Shown here piece by piece: positions 30,276 through 39,472 of a stretch of DNA of 64,000 bases. The stretch spans positions 7,529-71,528 of the forward strand of contig JAGLCR010000019.1 of the NCBI GenBank assembly GCA_023146135.1. The letters are read 5' to 3'. Each line of letters starts with the position of its first letter. The first letter of the stretch is position 1. The position numbers and the translations under genes were made by a program. Under the pieces are notes generated by a model. The model saw only the letters and a list, made by a program, of their open reading frames with translations, was not told the origin of the DNA and did not search any database. The DNA is from Bacteroidales bacterium. Its GTDB lineage: Bacteria; Bacteroidota; Bacteroidia; Bacteroidales; UBA1556.

Positions 30276-31580
30276 ATGGATACAAAATACATTTTCGGAC
30301 TTCTTTTCTTTTTGACTTTTCAAATTCACACTTTTGCACAGTCGTCAGATGAATACTATGATAGCGAACACATTAGATATGATGATTATGTTTATGTTGA
30401 AAACCTGAAAAACGTTCGTTTATATAAAACGGGATTTGATTTATCAGCTGCTTTTCTAAAATTGAACTCTCCAAATAGATTAACGCTCACCTTTGATGAT
30501 TTAAGCTCTGAGGGTTTAACTTATTACTATTCATTTATTCTTTGCAACGAAGATTGGACTCCTGCCGACCTAATGCCCATGGAATATACCGAAGGTATGT
30601 CAGAGGAGTTTTTCAACTCAAGTTTCCAATCTTTTAACACTACAATAAATTATACATATTACGCTGTTACTCTTCCATCGGAGAATATAAAAATCACTAA
30701 AAGTGGCAATTATATCCTAAAAGTTTACCCCGAAGGAGACCCTGACCACCCTGTTATTACACGACGATTTTATGTGTTCGAAAATCTTGTGGGAATAACT
30801 ATTGAAGAGTTTATGGCTCAAGCACCTAAAGATCGTTATACAAAACAAGAGCTTTTTGTAAAAATCAGCCCTAACGGCTATCCAATGCCAAATATATACC
30901 AAGATTTAACCATGAAGATCATGCAAAATCAACGTAAGGATAATATGATTGTTCGGCATCAGCCAAAAATTATCTCCAGTGATTATCTATATTATAATAT
31001 TGCAGGTGATTTGGTATTTAATGGAGGCAACGAATTTAGGGTATTTGACATTAGAAGTTTAAAAGTACAATCCGAAAATATTGACCGTATCCGATACGAC
31101 TCGGCAGGTTATGAGGTAGACCTCCTAGTAGATTATAGCCGATTGGGCGGTCGCTATTTGAGTTATGAAGAACTAAACGGTAATTATAAAGTAATTGAAT
31201 GGGACAACACACAACTAAGCGACAATATAGAAGCCGATTACGCCTATGTCAATTTTCGTTTCCGATCAGATAGCATATTGCAAAATGGAGGTATTTACCT
31301 TTTGGGTGAGCTTACAAATTGGCGCATGGATTCCTATTCAAGATTGGCATACAATAGATTAACACGTCAGTATGAAACAAGTATCTTGCTAAAACAAGGC
31401 TACTATAATTACCAATATATATACGTGCCCAATGGGTCAAAACGTGGTCATGTGAGCTATTTTGAAGGCAATCATTCTGAAACAGGAAATGAATATACTG
31501 TTTTTGTTTACTATCGCGATCAAGGAGAGATTTATGACCGACTAATTGGCTTGATATCAATCGACACAAACAAGCAGTAA
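30276..31580 (+). CDS. DUF5103 protein (T9SS plug-type protein)
   Basis: Signal peptide; L.FDDL, SFNT..NYT.Y, KSGNY, GGNEFR.FD, ADYA.V.F, LLKQGYYNYQY, ETGNEY, YDRLIG. Confidence 0.82.
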   Translation: MDTKYIFGLLFFLTFQIHTFAQSSDEYYDSEHIRYDDYVYVENLKNVRLYKTGFDLSAAFLKLNSPNRLTLTFDDLSSEGLTYYYSFILCNEDWTPADLMPMEYTEGMSEEFFNSSFQSFNTTINYTYYAVTLPSENIKITKSGNYILKVYPEGDPDHPVITRRFYVFENLVGITIEEFMAQAPKDRYTKQELFVKISPNGYPMPNIYQDLTMKIMQNQRKDNMIVRHQPKIISSDYLYYNIAGDLVFNGGNEFRVFDIRSLKVQSENIDRIRYDSAGYEVDLLVDYSRLGGRYLSYEELNGNYKVIEWDNTQLSDNIEADYAYVNFRFRSDSILQNGGIYLLGELTNWRMDSYSRLAYNRLTRQYETSILLKQGYYNYQYIYVPNGSKRGHVSYFEGNHSETGNEYTVFVYYRDQGEIYDRLIGLISIDTNKQ

Positions 31581-31583
31581 TTA

Positions 31584-32579
31584 ATGAAGCGTGTATTTTT
31601 GGGCATAATACTACTGAGTACTTACTTAGGACTTAGCGGGCAAGGAATAATTAACCTTTTCAATAAATACAAAGGGCAGCAAGATACAGCCTATGTGAAA
31701 GTTTACCCCCAAACATACAGTTTAAAAACCCACATTTCGCTTCGAAATTTCACACTCAAACTAACAGACATAGAGGATAAGGGTAGCACAATTGCCTATC
31801 GGCCAAATAACCCATTACGCTTAGGGTTTGGGGGGTCTTATAAAGATATTCGTTTTGGTTTTTCGGTCAAGCTCCCCTCATTTTTTCCCGACCGAGGAAA
31901 TACCCGCTCTTGGGGAATGTTTATTAATACACAAACAAATATCTTTAGTTGGGGACTCGATTTCTACCTAATACGTAATAAGGGTTACTACTTAGATAAC
32001 CCTGAGGTACATTTACCCCTTTGGGATGACAGCATGGACTATCCATTCCGAAGTGATATTCGCACTCTTAATATCGGGGTGGCAACACATATTGTGTTTT
32101 CTAAAAAATTCTCTCTTAAAGCAGCTACTATTCAATCTGAAAAGCAGCTAAAAAGTGCGGGTGGCATTGCCCTTGATTTGGCATTAAAATATTCGGGTTT
32201 AAAAAATGATTCAACAATAATACCTTATAGTCAACACGATTATTACAGCGACATTGTAGACTTTCAAAAAGGAGGTTTTTTTACCATCGCTATTTCGCCT
32301 GGCTATGCCTATACCTATGTTTATAAAAACTATTATGCTACTGCATTAGCGTATTTTGGCTTAGGTATTCAAACCCAAACCTTCATCAACGATGACGATC
32401 GAAAATGGAATATGCAACTCCGCCCAAAGCTTAAGTTTATGCAAATTATTGGTTATACAAATAATGATTATTTTGCCAACATAAGCTTTATTTATGAAAA
32501 TAACTTAGTTAGAATTAACAGCACCCGTTTCAATTCAAGTTATATAAACGTAAGCATTGGAGGTGGATTTCGCTTTTAA
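31584..32579 (+). CDS. DUF4421-family outer-membrane beta-barrel protein
   Basis: DTAYV, YRPN..LGFG, KGYYL, KKFSLKAA..QSEKQLKSAG, PGYAYT; ends GFRF. Confidence 0.78.
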   Translation: MKRVFLGIILLSTYLGLSGQGIINLFNKYKGQQDTAYVKVYPQTYSLKTHISLRNFTLKLTDIEDKGSTIAYRPNNPLRLGFGGSYKDIRFGFSVKLPSFFPDRGNTRSWGMFINTQTNIFSWGLDFYLIRNKGYYLDNPEVHLPLWDDSMDYPFRSDIRTLNIGVATHIVFSKKFSLKAATIQSEKQLKSAGGIALDLALKYSGLKNDSTIIPYSQHDYYSDIVDFQKGGFFTIAISPGYAYTYVYKNYYATALAYFGLGIQTQTFINDDDRKWNMQLRPKLKFMQIIGYTNNDYFANISFIYENNLVRINSTRFNSSYINVSIGGGFRF

Positions 32580-32667
32580 CAGAACAATAAAACAGCTTAG
32601 CAATCACCCTAATTTACACTTTAACAGATTATAACATTAAGGCATTCTAGCTATACCCTCATTAATC

Positions 32668-32675
32668 TATCTTTG
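32668..32675 (+). promoter_or_regulatory. -7 box (TATCTTTG) for the SulP-carbonic anhydrase operon
   Basis: TAnnTTTG in intergenic DNA. Confidence 0.55.
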
Positions 32676-32750
32676 CACTCGCAATATCAGAACCATTCTA
32701 CTGATTTTTGCAAGTGATATTTAGCATAATTTTCAATTAAAAAATATATA

Positions 32751-34421
32751 ATGAGTGTAAAAACAGGATTTTTCTCAAACTTTAAGGGCGATGCTCTAGG
32801 AGGGATAACTGCCGGAATTGTGGCACTACCACTTGCATTAGCATTTGGTGCACAAACAGAATTAGGAGCTATAGCAGGATTATATGGAGCTATTGCTTTA
32901 GGAATTTTAGCCGCAATATTTGGGGGCACAAAAACCCAAATCAGTGGACCTACAGCTCCCATGACGGTAGTTTCTGCGGTTTTAATCACTGAGGCTATTT
33001 CAGAATATGGCTCACTTAATGACGCCTTACCTTTTATCATTGCAACCTTTGTTGTAGCTGGATTGCTCCAAGTATTATTGGGAGTTCTCAAGTTAGGAAA
33101 ATATATAAAATACATTCCCTATCCTGTTGTTTCAGGTTTTATGAGTGGTATTGGCGTTATAATAATAATAACCCAATTATTTCCTTTTTTTGGGATTATT
33201 GCGCCAGCAGGTGGAGCTTCAAGTACCTTAGTAAGCCTTCATACAATTCCTGAGTTTATCAATTATTATTCAGTTGGATTAGCCATAGCAACCATTGCAT
33301 TAATATATATTACTCCCCGTATTACAAAAAAGCTACCCTCATCTTTAGTCGCATTAATAATTATATCTGTGGCAGCTTATTTTGTTATTGACCCTAGCTT
33401 TTTTACGAGAATTAATTCTGACGGACCTCTACCTACAGGGCTTCCAAGCCTTCAACTAGGGTTTATTAAAATATTCTCCGACTTCGGGACTGCTGTGAAA
33501 ATATTTGAATATGCTGCAACCCTTGCCGCTTTAGGAGCAATTGATTCGCTACTAACTTCGGTAGTAGCTGATAATATGACTAAGGAAAAGCATGACAGTA
33601 ACCGTGAATTAATTGGCCAAGGTATCGGTAATATGGGAGCTGGACTTATTGGTGGTCTTCCAGGTGCTGGCGCAACAATGCGTACTGTTATCAATATTAA
33701 CTCAGGTGGAAAAAATCGTCTATCTGGTGTTATGGCAGGACTACTACTTACTGCTATTTTATTAGGTTTGGGTACTCTTGTTGGGCATGTTCCTAATGCA
33801 GTATTGGCAGGCATACTTATTACTGTTGGTATCGGAATTATTGATTATAAAGGCATCAGTCACATACGTACGATACCAAAAAGCGATGCCGTTATCATGA
33901 TAATAGTTTTAGTACTTACGGTATTTGTAGATCTTCTTGTGGCTGTAGCCGCTGGAATGGTACTTTCCTCATTACTATTTATGAAAAAAGCATCTGACCT
34001 TGTTGAAGAAGGTAGTAAAACGGAATCCCTAAAGGAATATATCCCTGAAACTCCTTGGAGTGATGAAGCAAAAATCAATAAATTAGCTGGCGATGAGGTT
34101 TATATAAAACATATAAATGGCCCGCTATTCTTCGGGGCTTCTTCGGGTTTCCAAGACATGATGAAATCTATCCCTAAAGTCAAGGTAGTTATTATTCGCA
34201 TGTGTAAGGTTCCTTATGTTGATCAAAGCGGCCTTTATGCCATGGAAGCTTCTTTATTAGAATTGAAAAGTAAAGGTGTGAAGATTGTTTTCACAGGGTT
34301 ATATGGGCAAGCAAAAGATATGTTTGAGCATATTGGCATTGTGCCAGAGCTGGCAAAAAATGAAGAATGTTTTGATTCCATTGATGAATGTGAAACATGG
34401 CTACATGATTATTTGAAATAG
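32751..34421 (+). CDS. SulP-family anion (probably bicarbonate) transporter with STAS domain
   Basis: GITAGIVALPLALAFG, ISGPTAPM, DSNRELIGQGIGN, GAGATMRT; STAS GPLFFG..DQSG. Confidence 0.93.
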   Translation: MSVKTGFFSNFKGDALGGITAGIVALPLALAFGAQTELGAIAGLYGAIALGILAAIFGGTKTQISGPTAPMTVVSAVLITEAISEYGSLNDALPFIIATFVVAGLLQVLLGVLKLGKYIKYIPYPVVSGFMSGIGVIIIITQLFPFFGIIAPAGGASSTLVSLHTIPEFINYYSVGLAIATIALIYITPRITKKLPSSLVALIIISVAAYFVIDPSFFTRINSDGPLPTGLPSLQLGFIKIFSDFGTAVKIFEYAATLAALGAIDSLLTSVVADNMTKEKHDSNRELIGQGIGNMGAGLIGGLPGAGATMRTVININSGGKNRLSGVMAGLLLTAILLGLGTLVGHVPNAVLAGILITVGIGIIDYKGISHIRTIPKSDAVIMIIVLVLTVFVDLLVAVAAGMVLSSLLFMKKASDLVEEGSKTESLKEYIPETPWSDEAKINKLAGDEVYIKHINGPLFFGASSGFQDMMKSIPKVKVVIIRMCKVPYVDQSGLYAMEASLLELKSKGVKIVFTGLYGQAKDMFEHIGIVPELAKNEECFDSIDECETWLHDYLK

Positions 34422-34471
34422 GATATTGCAATTTACAATACATATATTAAGAACGTTTAAGAAATATAAAC

Positions 34472-35131
34472 ATGGAAAATATAAATGAACTAAGTAAGCA
34501 AGTAAAAACTAAAGAAAACCTTAGTAAGATTACTCCTGAAATAGCTTTGAAGCTATTGAAAGAAGGAAACGAGCGTTTTGTACAAAAAGACATGATTGAG
34601 CGTGAACACGAATGGCATATTCGAAATACCATTGATGCGCAACATCCATTTGCTATTGTACTAGGTTGTATCGACTCCAGAGTTGAGCCTTCTATTCTTT
34701 TCGATCAAGGAATAGGTGATCTATTCATTGCTCGTATCGCTGGAAATATTGTAAACCAAGATATATTAGGCAGCATGGAATATGCTTGTGCCGTAAGTGG
34801 GTCAAAACTAGTTCTTGTTTTAGGACATACTTCATGTGGTGCTGTGAAAGGAGCTATTGACCATGTGGTACTTGATAACCTTACTCCATCATTACGTCAT
34901 ATTCAATTGGCTATGGAACGTGTAAATACAGAAGACGATTGCGACCGTTCAGCTAAAAACCTAAAGTTTGTGGATATGGTTGCTACCAAAAATGTGGAAC
35001 AATCAATTTCAGATGTTAGAAATCAAAGCCCTATTCTTAGAAACCTAGAGAAAGAAGGTAAGATAAGCATTGTGGGTGCAATTTATGATCACTCCAATGG
35101 TGCAGTGCATTTTTGCGAACCCAGCAAATAA
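34472..35131 (+). CDS. Beta-class carbonic anhydrase
   Basis: LKEGNERF, CIDSR, RIAGN, GHTSCGA zinc ligands. Confidence 0.94.
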   Translation: MENINELSKQVKTKENLSKITPEIALKLLKEGNERFVQKDMIEREHEWHIRNTIDAQHPFAIVLGCIDSRVEPSILFDQGIGDLFIARIAGNIVNQDILGSMEYACAVSGSKLVLVLGHTSCGAVKGAIDHVVLDNLTPSLRHIQLAMERVNTEDDCDRSAKNLKFVDMVATKNVEQSISDVRNQSPILRNLEKEGKISIVGAIYDHSNGAVHFCEPSK

Positions 35132-35156
35132 TAGTTTTAGCATATTGATACATAAA

Positions 35157-35194
35157 ACAAAGCCTCCTAGAATATGAATTCTAGGAGGCTTTGT
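35157..35194. terminator. Bidirectional terminator between convergent CA and argS genes
   Basis: Perfect 17-bp stem ACAAAGCCTCCTAGAAT/ATTCTAGGAGGCTTTGT with a 4-nt loop. Confidence 0.85.
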
Positions 35195-35213
35195 CGTTTA
35201 ACAACTCATCAAG

Positions 35214-37004
35214 CTACATACGGTCTGGCACCGCTATTCCTAATAATTTCATGGCCGTGGCAATAATCTTTGCAGTAAGTTTTGACAATTCTAAACGATA
35301 TAAGGCTCGAGAAGCATCTTGCTCATTCATAATATGATTATCATGATAAAACGAGTTATACTCCTTAGACAGTTCGTAAGCATAGCTTGCAATAATCGCA
35401 GGGCTAATACTGTTGGCCGCTTGCTGAACTACTTCCGGAAAAGTTCCCAAGAAATTCATCAAGAATCGTTCTTTTTCATTTAACTCACCCACATACGGAC
35501 TCTGACCTTCAATTAAGAAGTTGGCTCCTTTAGATTTACGTATCACCGATTGAATACGCGCGTGTGTATATTGGATAAAAGGCCCTGTATTACCATTAAA
35601 ATCAATGGATTCTTTAGGGTTAAACATCATTTTTTTCTTGGGGTCAACCTTGAGTAAGAAATATTTCAATGCTCCCAGTCCCAAGTTATAAAACAGTTGA
35701 TCTGCTTCTTCTTTTGAAAAATCATCTACTTTACCTAACTCGCGAGTTGTTTTCTCGGCAGTAGCTACCATTTCATCAATCAAGTCATCAGCATCAACTA
35801 CTGTTCCTTCGCGCGACTTCATCTTACCCTCAGGCAATTCCACCATTCCGTACGAAATGTGAGTAATATTTTCGCTCCAATCAAAACCCAATTTTTGAAG
35901 CACTATTTTTAATACATCAAAATGATATATTTGCTCGTTTCCAACAACATACATCATCGATTGAGGATTATAATCATCTTGACGCAAGTGAGCAGTTCCA
36001 ATATCTTGAGTCATATATACTGAAGTGCCATCAGCACGAAGTAGTAGTTTCTGATCCAATCCTTCCTTAGTCAAATCAGCCCAAACAGCTCCGTTTTCAC
36101 TTTGATAAAGAACGCCGTCTTTCAATCCCTTCATCACTATTTCTTTACCCAAAAGGTAGGTTTCAGACTCATAGTAAATCTTATCAAAATCCACCCCCAA
36201 GCGTTTATAAGTAACATCAAAGCCAGCATACACCCAGTTGTTCATGGTTTCCCATAACTTATATACATCAGGCTTTTTCGCTTCCCAGTCACGTAACATC
36301 TGTTGTGCTTCGAGCATCAAAGGGGCTTGCTTTTTAGCCTCCTCCTCTTTAATACCTTGGTCAACTAAATTCTTAATCTCTACTTTATACTCTTGATCAA
36401 ATTTCACATAGTATTTTCCAACCAAATTATCCCCTTTAACACCAGTGCTCTCAGGAGACTCACCTCCACCCCACTTTTGCCAGGCCAACATCGACTTACA
36501 AATATGAATACCACGATCGTTTACCAAATTCACTTTTTTCACATTTCGACCACTAGCCTTCATTATCTCCGCTATGGAAAAACCTAGAAGATTGTTACGT
36601 ATATGACCTAAGTGCAAAGGCTTATTGGTATTGGGTGACGAATATTCAATTACGATAGGCTTTTGAGATTCATCTATTGTGGACACACCAAAATTTGACT
36701 CCTTATTTGCTTTCTCAAATTTACTAAACCAATAGATATCTGCTACCAACAAATTCAAGAACCCTTTTATCACTTCAAAAGACACTATCTCTGTCGTGTT
36801 TTCAGTAAGGTACTCACCCATCATGCTAGCTACTTCCTCTGGTTTTTTTCGTGCAAAGCGCACAAAAGGAAATACGTTTACCGTATAATCACCAGCTATT
36901 TCACGTCGCGTTTGTTGAATTTTAACTTGCTCTATATCAATATCGACATCAAATATTTCTTTGAAGCCTTTTACAAATTGCTCTTGTATACTATATTCAA
37001 TCAT
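35214..37004 (-). CDS. argS: Arginine--tRNA ligase
   Basis: IEYSSPNTNKPLHLGH (HIGH), KMKSREG, GNTGPFIQYTHAR, ends PDRM. Confidence 0.97.
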   Translation of the reverse strand: MIEYSIQEQFVKGFKEIFDVDIDIEQVKIQQTRREIAGDYTVNVFPFVRFARKKPEEVASMMGEYLTENTTEIVSFEVIKGFLNLLVADIYWFSKFEKANKESNFGVSTIDESQKPIVIEYSSPNTNKPLHLGHIRNNLLGFSIAEIMKASGRNVKKVNLVNDRGIHICKSMLAWQKWGGGESPESTGVKGDNLVGKYYVKFDQEYKVEIKNLVDQGIKEEEAKKQAPLMLEAQQMLRDWEAKKPDVYKLWETMNNWVYAGFDVTYKRLGVDFDKIYYESETYLLGKEIVMKGLKDGVLYQSENGAVWADLTKEGLDQKLLLRADGTSVYMTQDIGTAHLRQDDYNPQSMMYVVGNEQIYHFDVLKIVLQKLGFDWSENITHISYGMVELPEGKMKSREGTVVDADDLIDEMVATAEKTTRELGKVDDFSKEEADQLFYNLGLGALKYFLLKVDPKKKMMFNPKESIDFNGNTGPFIQYTHARIQSVIRKSKGANFLIEGQSPYVGELNEKERFLMNFLGTFPEVVQQAANSISPAIIASYAYELSKEYNSFYHDNHIMNEQDASRALYRLELSKLTAKIIATAMKLLGIAVPDRM

Positions 37005-37060
37005 GTGTATTCTCTAAAATGCCATTTTATAAATAAAATCAGCTATTATTAATTGGTTTG

Positions 37061-37068
37061 CAAAAGTA
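37061..37068 (-). promoter_or_regulatory. -7 box (TACTTTTG) for argS
   Basis: TAnnTTTG on the - strand. Confidence 0.55.
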
Positions 37069-37115
37069 TCTAAAAAATAGGAGAATTACGTTTATGAAAA
37101 TAATCTTAATTCCAT

Positions 37116-37158
37116 AAAAAAAGCTTCGGCAAACTCAAAACTAGGTTTACCAAAGCTT
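37116..37158 (-). terminator. Intrinsic terminator after glnA
   Basis: - strand AAGCTTTGGTAAAC-loop-GTTTGCCGAAGCTT followed by a T-run. Confidence 0.78.
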
Positions 37159-37195
37159 ACAATACAAATCGCACTTTAAACACTCAAATACGAGC

Positions 37196-38689
37196 TTACT
37201 TACAATGCAAATATTCTTCTACTAAGACTCTAATCGCATCACCGTTACCATAAAGTTCCTCACTTAAAAATTCATCTTTATAAGATTTCAGGTTTTCTAT
37301 AATATGATCAATCTGACGGGCAGGAAACACTCCATTGGCTTCAAAAAAGCTTCTTTGCTTTTCAAGGCTCTCGGCACTTTCCCAACATGAAGTAGGCAAG
37401 GATTTTAGTTTCGCCGCTTTTTCTTGATATTCTCTTTCAAAAATATTTACATCAACATAAAGTGCCTCTGCTTTTTCAAGACTATCATCTGACTCTAATC
37501 CATATTGAGCAGCAATGATTAAGCTAGACAAGAAACCGTAAATATCAGCAGAGCCATCACCCGCTCTAAATTCAACCGTTTGTTTAGAAGAAGCCAATTT
37601 AAGCTCCGATTTTTCTTGCGGATTTGCATCCTTAATCATATTTGTAGCACCAAGCCAACCCAGTGGAACTCGCACTAAAACAGATCTATTTCTGTCGCCC
37701 CAACAAATATTAGTTGGCGCTTCCTGATGAGGAACTAATCGTAAATAAGATGTTGGAATCGTATTTCCAAATGCAGTTAAAGGACCTGCAAGCTCCAATA
37801 AGCCTGCTATCATTCTTTTAGCATCATCGCTTAGCTTTTCGTTTTCAATCATTTTATTCTGACCATCTTTCTCCAAAAGCATATGAATATGCAAACCACT
37901 TCCGGCTTTACCAACCGAAATTTTTGGAGCAAAACTTATCTTTACTCCATACCTCTCGCCCAGCATTCGCAATATCCATTTTGCAATTACCATTTGATCC
38001 GCAGCATCTTCCACATTAACAGGCAGAAACTCTATTTCATGCTGCTCAAAAAACTCATCATCAGTAGTAAAATTACCCACTTCAGAGTGTCCATATTTTA
38101 CCTTACCACCGCATTCCGCAATCAACCGAATAGCATTTGTACGTAAATGCTCCCAATTGGTAAAAGGGGCAGAAGTATGATAGCCTTTTTGATCAGTTGC
38201 TGGATAAAGATCATCTTTATCAGCCATTACATAATACTCTAGTTCGCCAAGAGCCTTAAAAATAAAACCCGTCTTTTCCTGAAAATGTTTATGTGCTTTC
38301 TTCAAAATATATTCTGGGGCAGACTCCATTGGCTTACCCTTCGAATCGTAAAAAGAACATAAAATATCAAGTGTTGGCGCTTCGCTAAATGGATTTTCAA
38401 ATGCTGTTTTATAGCGAGGTAATACATATAAATCAGAGGAACTTGCATCCATAAAAGAAAATAGACTTGACCCATCAACGCGCTCGCCCGTTGATAAAAT
38501 TTGATCTAAATGTTCTTCACCTGTGATAATAAAATTTAAGGTTTTCAATCGACCATCTTCAGCAGGATATCTAAAATTTATCATTTCGATACCTTTTTCG
38601 CTAATGTACTTAACTAAATCTGCTTTAGTAAAATCTTCGGCAGACTTTTGCAAATACACCTCTAGTTTATTCTTATTTAAGCTATTCAT
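37196..38689 (-). CDS. glnA: Glutamine synthetase type I family protein
   Basis: VDGSS, GELEYY, HSEVG, QHEI, PK..AGSGLHIH, RLVPHQEAP, NRSVLVRVP, VEFR. Confidence 0.88.
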   Translation of the reverse strand: MNSLNKNKLEVYLQKSAEDFTKADLVKYISEKGIEMINFRYPAEDGRLKTLNFIITGEEHLDQILSTGERVDGSSLFSFMDASSSDLYVLPRYKTAFENPFSEAPTLDILCSFYDSKGKPMESAPEYILKKAHKHFQEKTGFIFKALGELEYYVMADKDDLYPATDQKGYHTSAPFTNWEHLRTNAIRLIAECGGKVKYGHSEVGNFTTDDEFFEQHEIEFLPVNVEDAADQMVIAKWILRMLGERYGVKISFAPKISVGKAGSGLHIHMLLEKDGQNKMIENEKLSDDAKRMIAGLLELAGPLTAFGNTIPTSYLRLVPHQEAPTNICWGDRNRSVLVRVPLGWLGATNMIKDANPQEKSELKLASSKQTVEFRAGDGSADIYGFLSSLIIAAQYGLESDDSLEKAEALYVDVNIFEREYQEKAAKLKSLPTSCWESAESLEKQRSFFEANGVFPARQIDHIIENLKSYKDEFLSEELYGNGDAIRVLVEEYLHCK

Positions 38690-38738
38690 TTTATATAGTT
38701 TTTTATAATTAAGTTTTCAAATATTAGGGTAAAAGAGA

Positions 38739-39056
38739 TTACTTTCCAAATAGGTTTCCCATTCCAGGAATATTTGGCATCATCCCTTTAGCAGCTCCCG
38801 ACATTTCTTCAGTATACATTTTTTCTGCTTTTTCCAAGGCACGGTTTAGGGCAATCATCGTCAGTTCTTCTACTTCTTCCTTTTCTGCTTGCGCCCAAAA
38901 CTCAGCTGTAAAATAAACTTGCTTAACTTCTCTATTTCCATTAACCACTACTTTCACACCACCGCCTTCGGTTTGTCCATCTACTAAGATACGCGCCAGC
39001 TTTTCTTTGGATTCCTCCTGCGCCACCTTCATTTTTTCTATTATATCTCCAAACAT
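38739..39056 (-). CDS. YbaB/EbfC-family nucleoid-associated protein
   Basis: GGGVKVVVNG, EEL..IALNRAL, C-terminal MMPNIPGM. Confidence 0.88.
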   Translation of the reverse strand: MFGDIIEKMKVAQEESKEKLARILVDGQTEGGGVKVVVNGNREVKQVYFTAEFWAQAEKEEVEELTMIALNRALEKAEKMYTEEMSGAAKGMMPNIPGMGNLFGK

Positions 39057-39059
39057 CTT

Positions 39060-39083
39060 TAACTGTTTAATTGTTGATTTGTT
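39060..39083. repeat. Degenerate 8-bp tandem array TAACTGTT-TAATTGTT-GATTTGTT
   Basis: Three in-phase octamers immediately upstream of the ybaB-like start. Confidence 0.5.
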
Positions 39084-39130
39084 AATACTGTATATTTTTT
39101 ATAGGATAAATCACACCCTAAAATGAACAC

Positions 39131-39409
39131 TTATAAAGAAACTATTTTCTCTATCTCTTCTGCTTTTGTATAGATATCGATTATATCCATTGGATCATCA
39201 AACTTCTGCGTTGCTGAGAAGCTAATATATTTTCCGCTTTTCGATTCTTGATGCTTTATAATGGCATCCTCTGAAAAATAAGATTTCAGCTTATTCAAAT
39301 TATCGGCACTAAATGGCACAATAAACTTAAACATATAATCAGTAGGCCAAGTAAAATCCTTTACCAACAGCTCAAATAACTTCCCGTATTTCCCTAAGTC
39401 TTCTATCAT
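39131..39409 (-). CDS. DUF493 (YbeD-like) protein
   Basis: WPTDYMFKFIVP, SKSGKYISFS, ends IVSL; start set to MIEDLG. Confidence 0.85.
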   Translation of the reverse strand: MIEDLGKYGKLFELLVKDFTWPTDYMFKFIVPFSADNLNKLKSYFSEDAIIKHQESKSGKYISFSATQKFDDPMDIIDIYTKAEEIEKIVSL

Positions 39410-39472
39410 ATTATAATTTTGTTCAAAGGTCTGAAAAAAAAACCAATATTTAGTTGCATATTTGCTATTCAA

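Noticed and set aside
32687-34078. Antisense ORFs of 72-142 aa over SulP, and similar shadow ORFs throughout the window
   Set aside because: Mostly or entirely overlap well-supported genes on the opposite strand or in another frame; typical shadow ORFs
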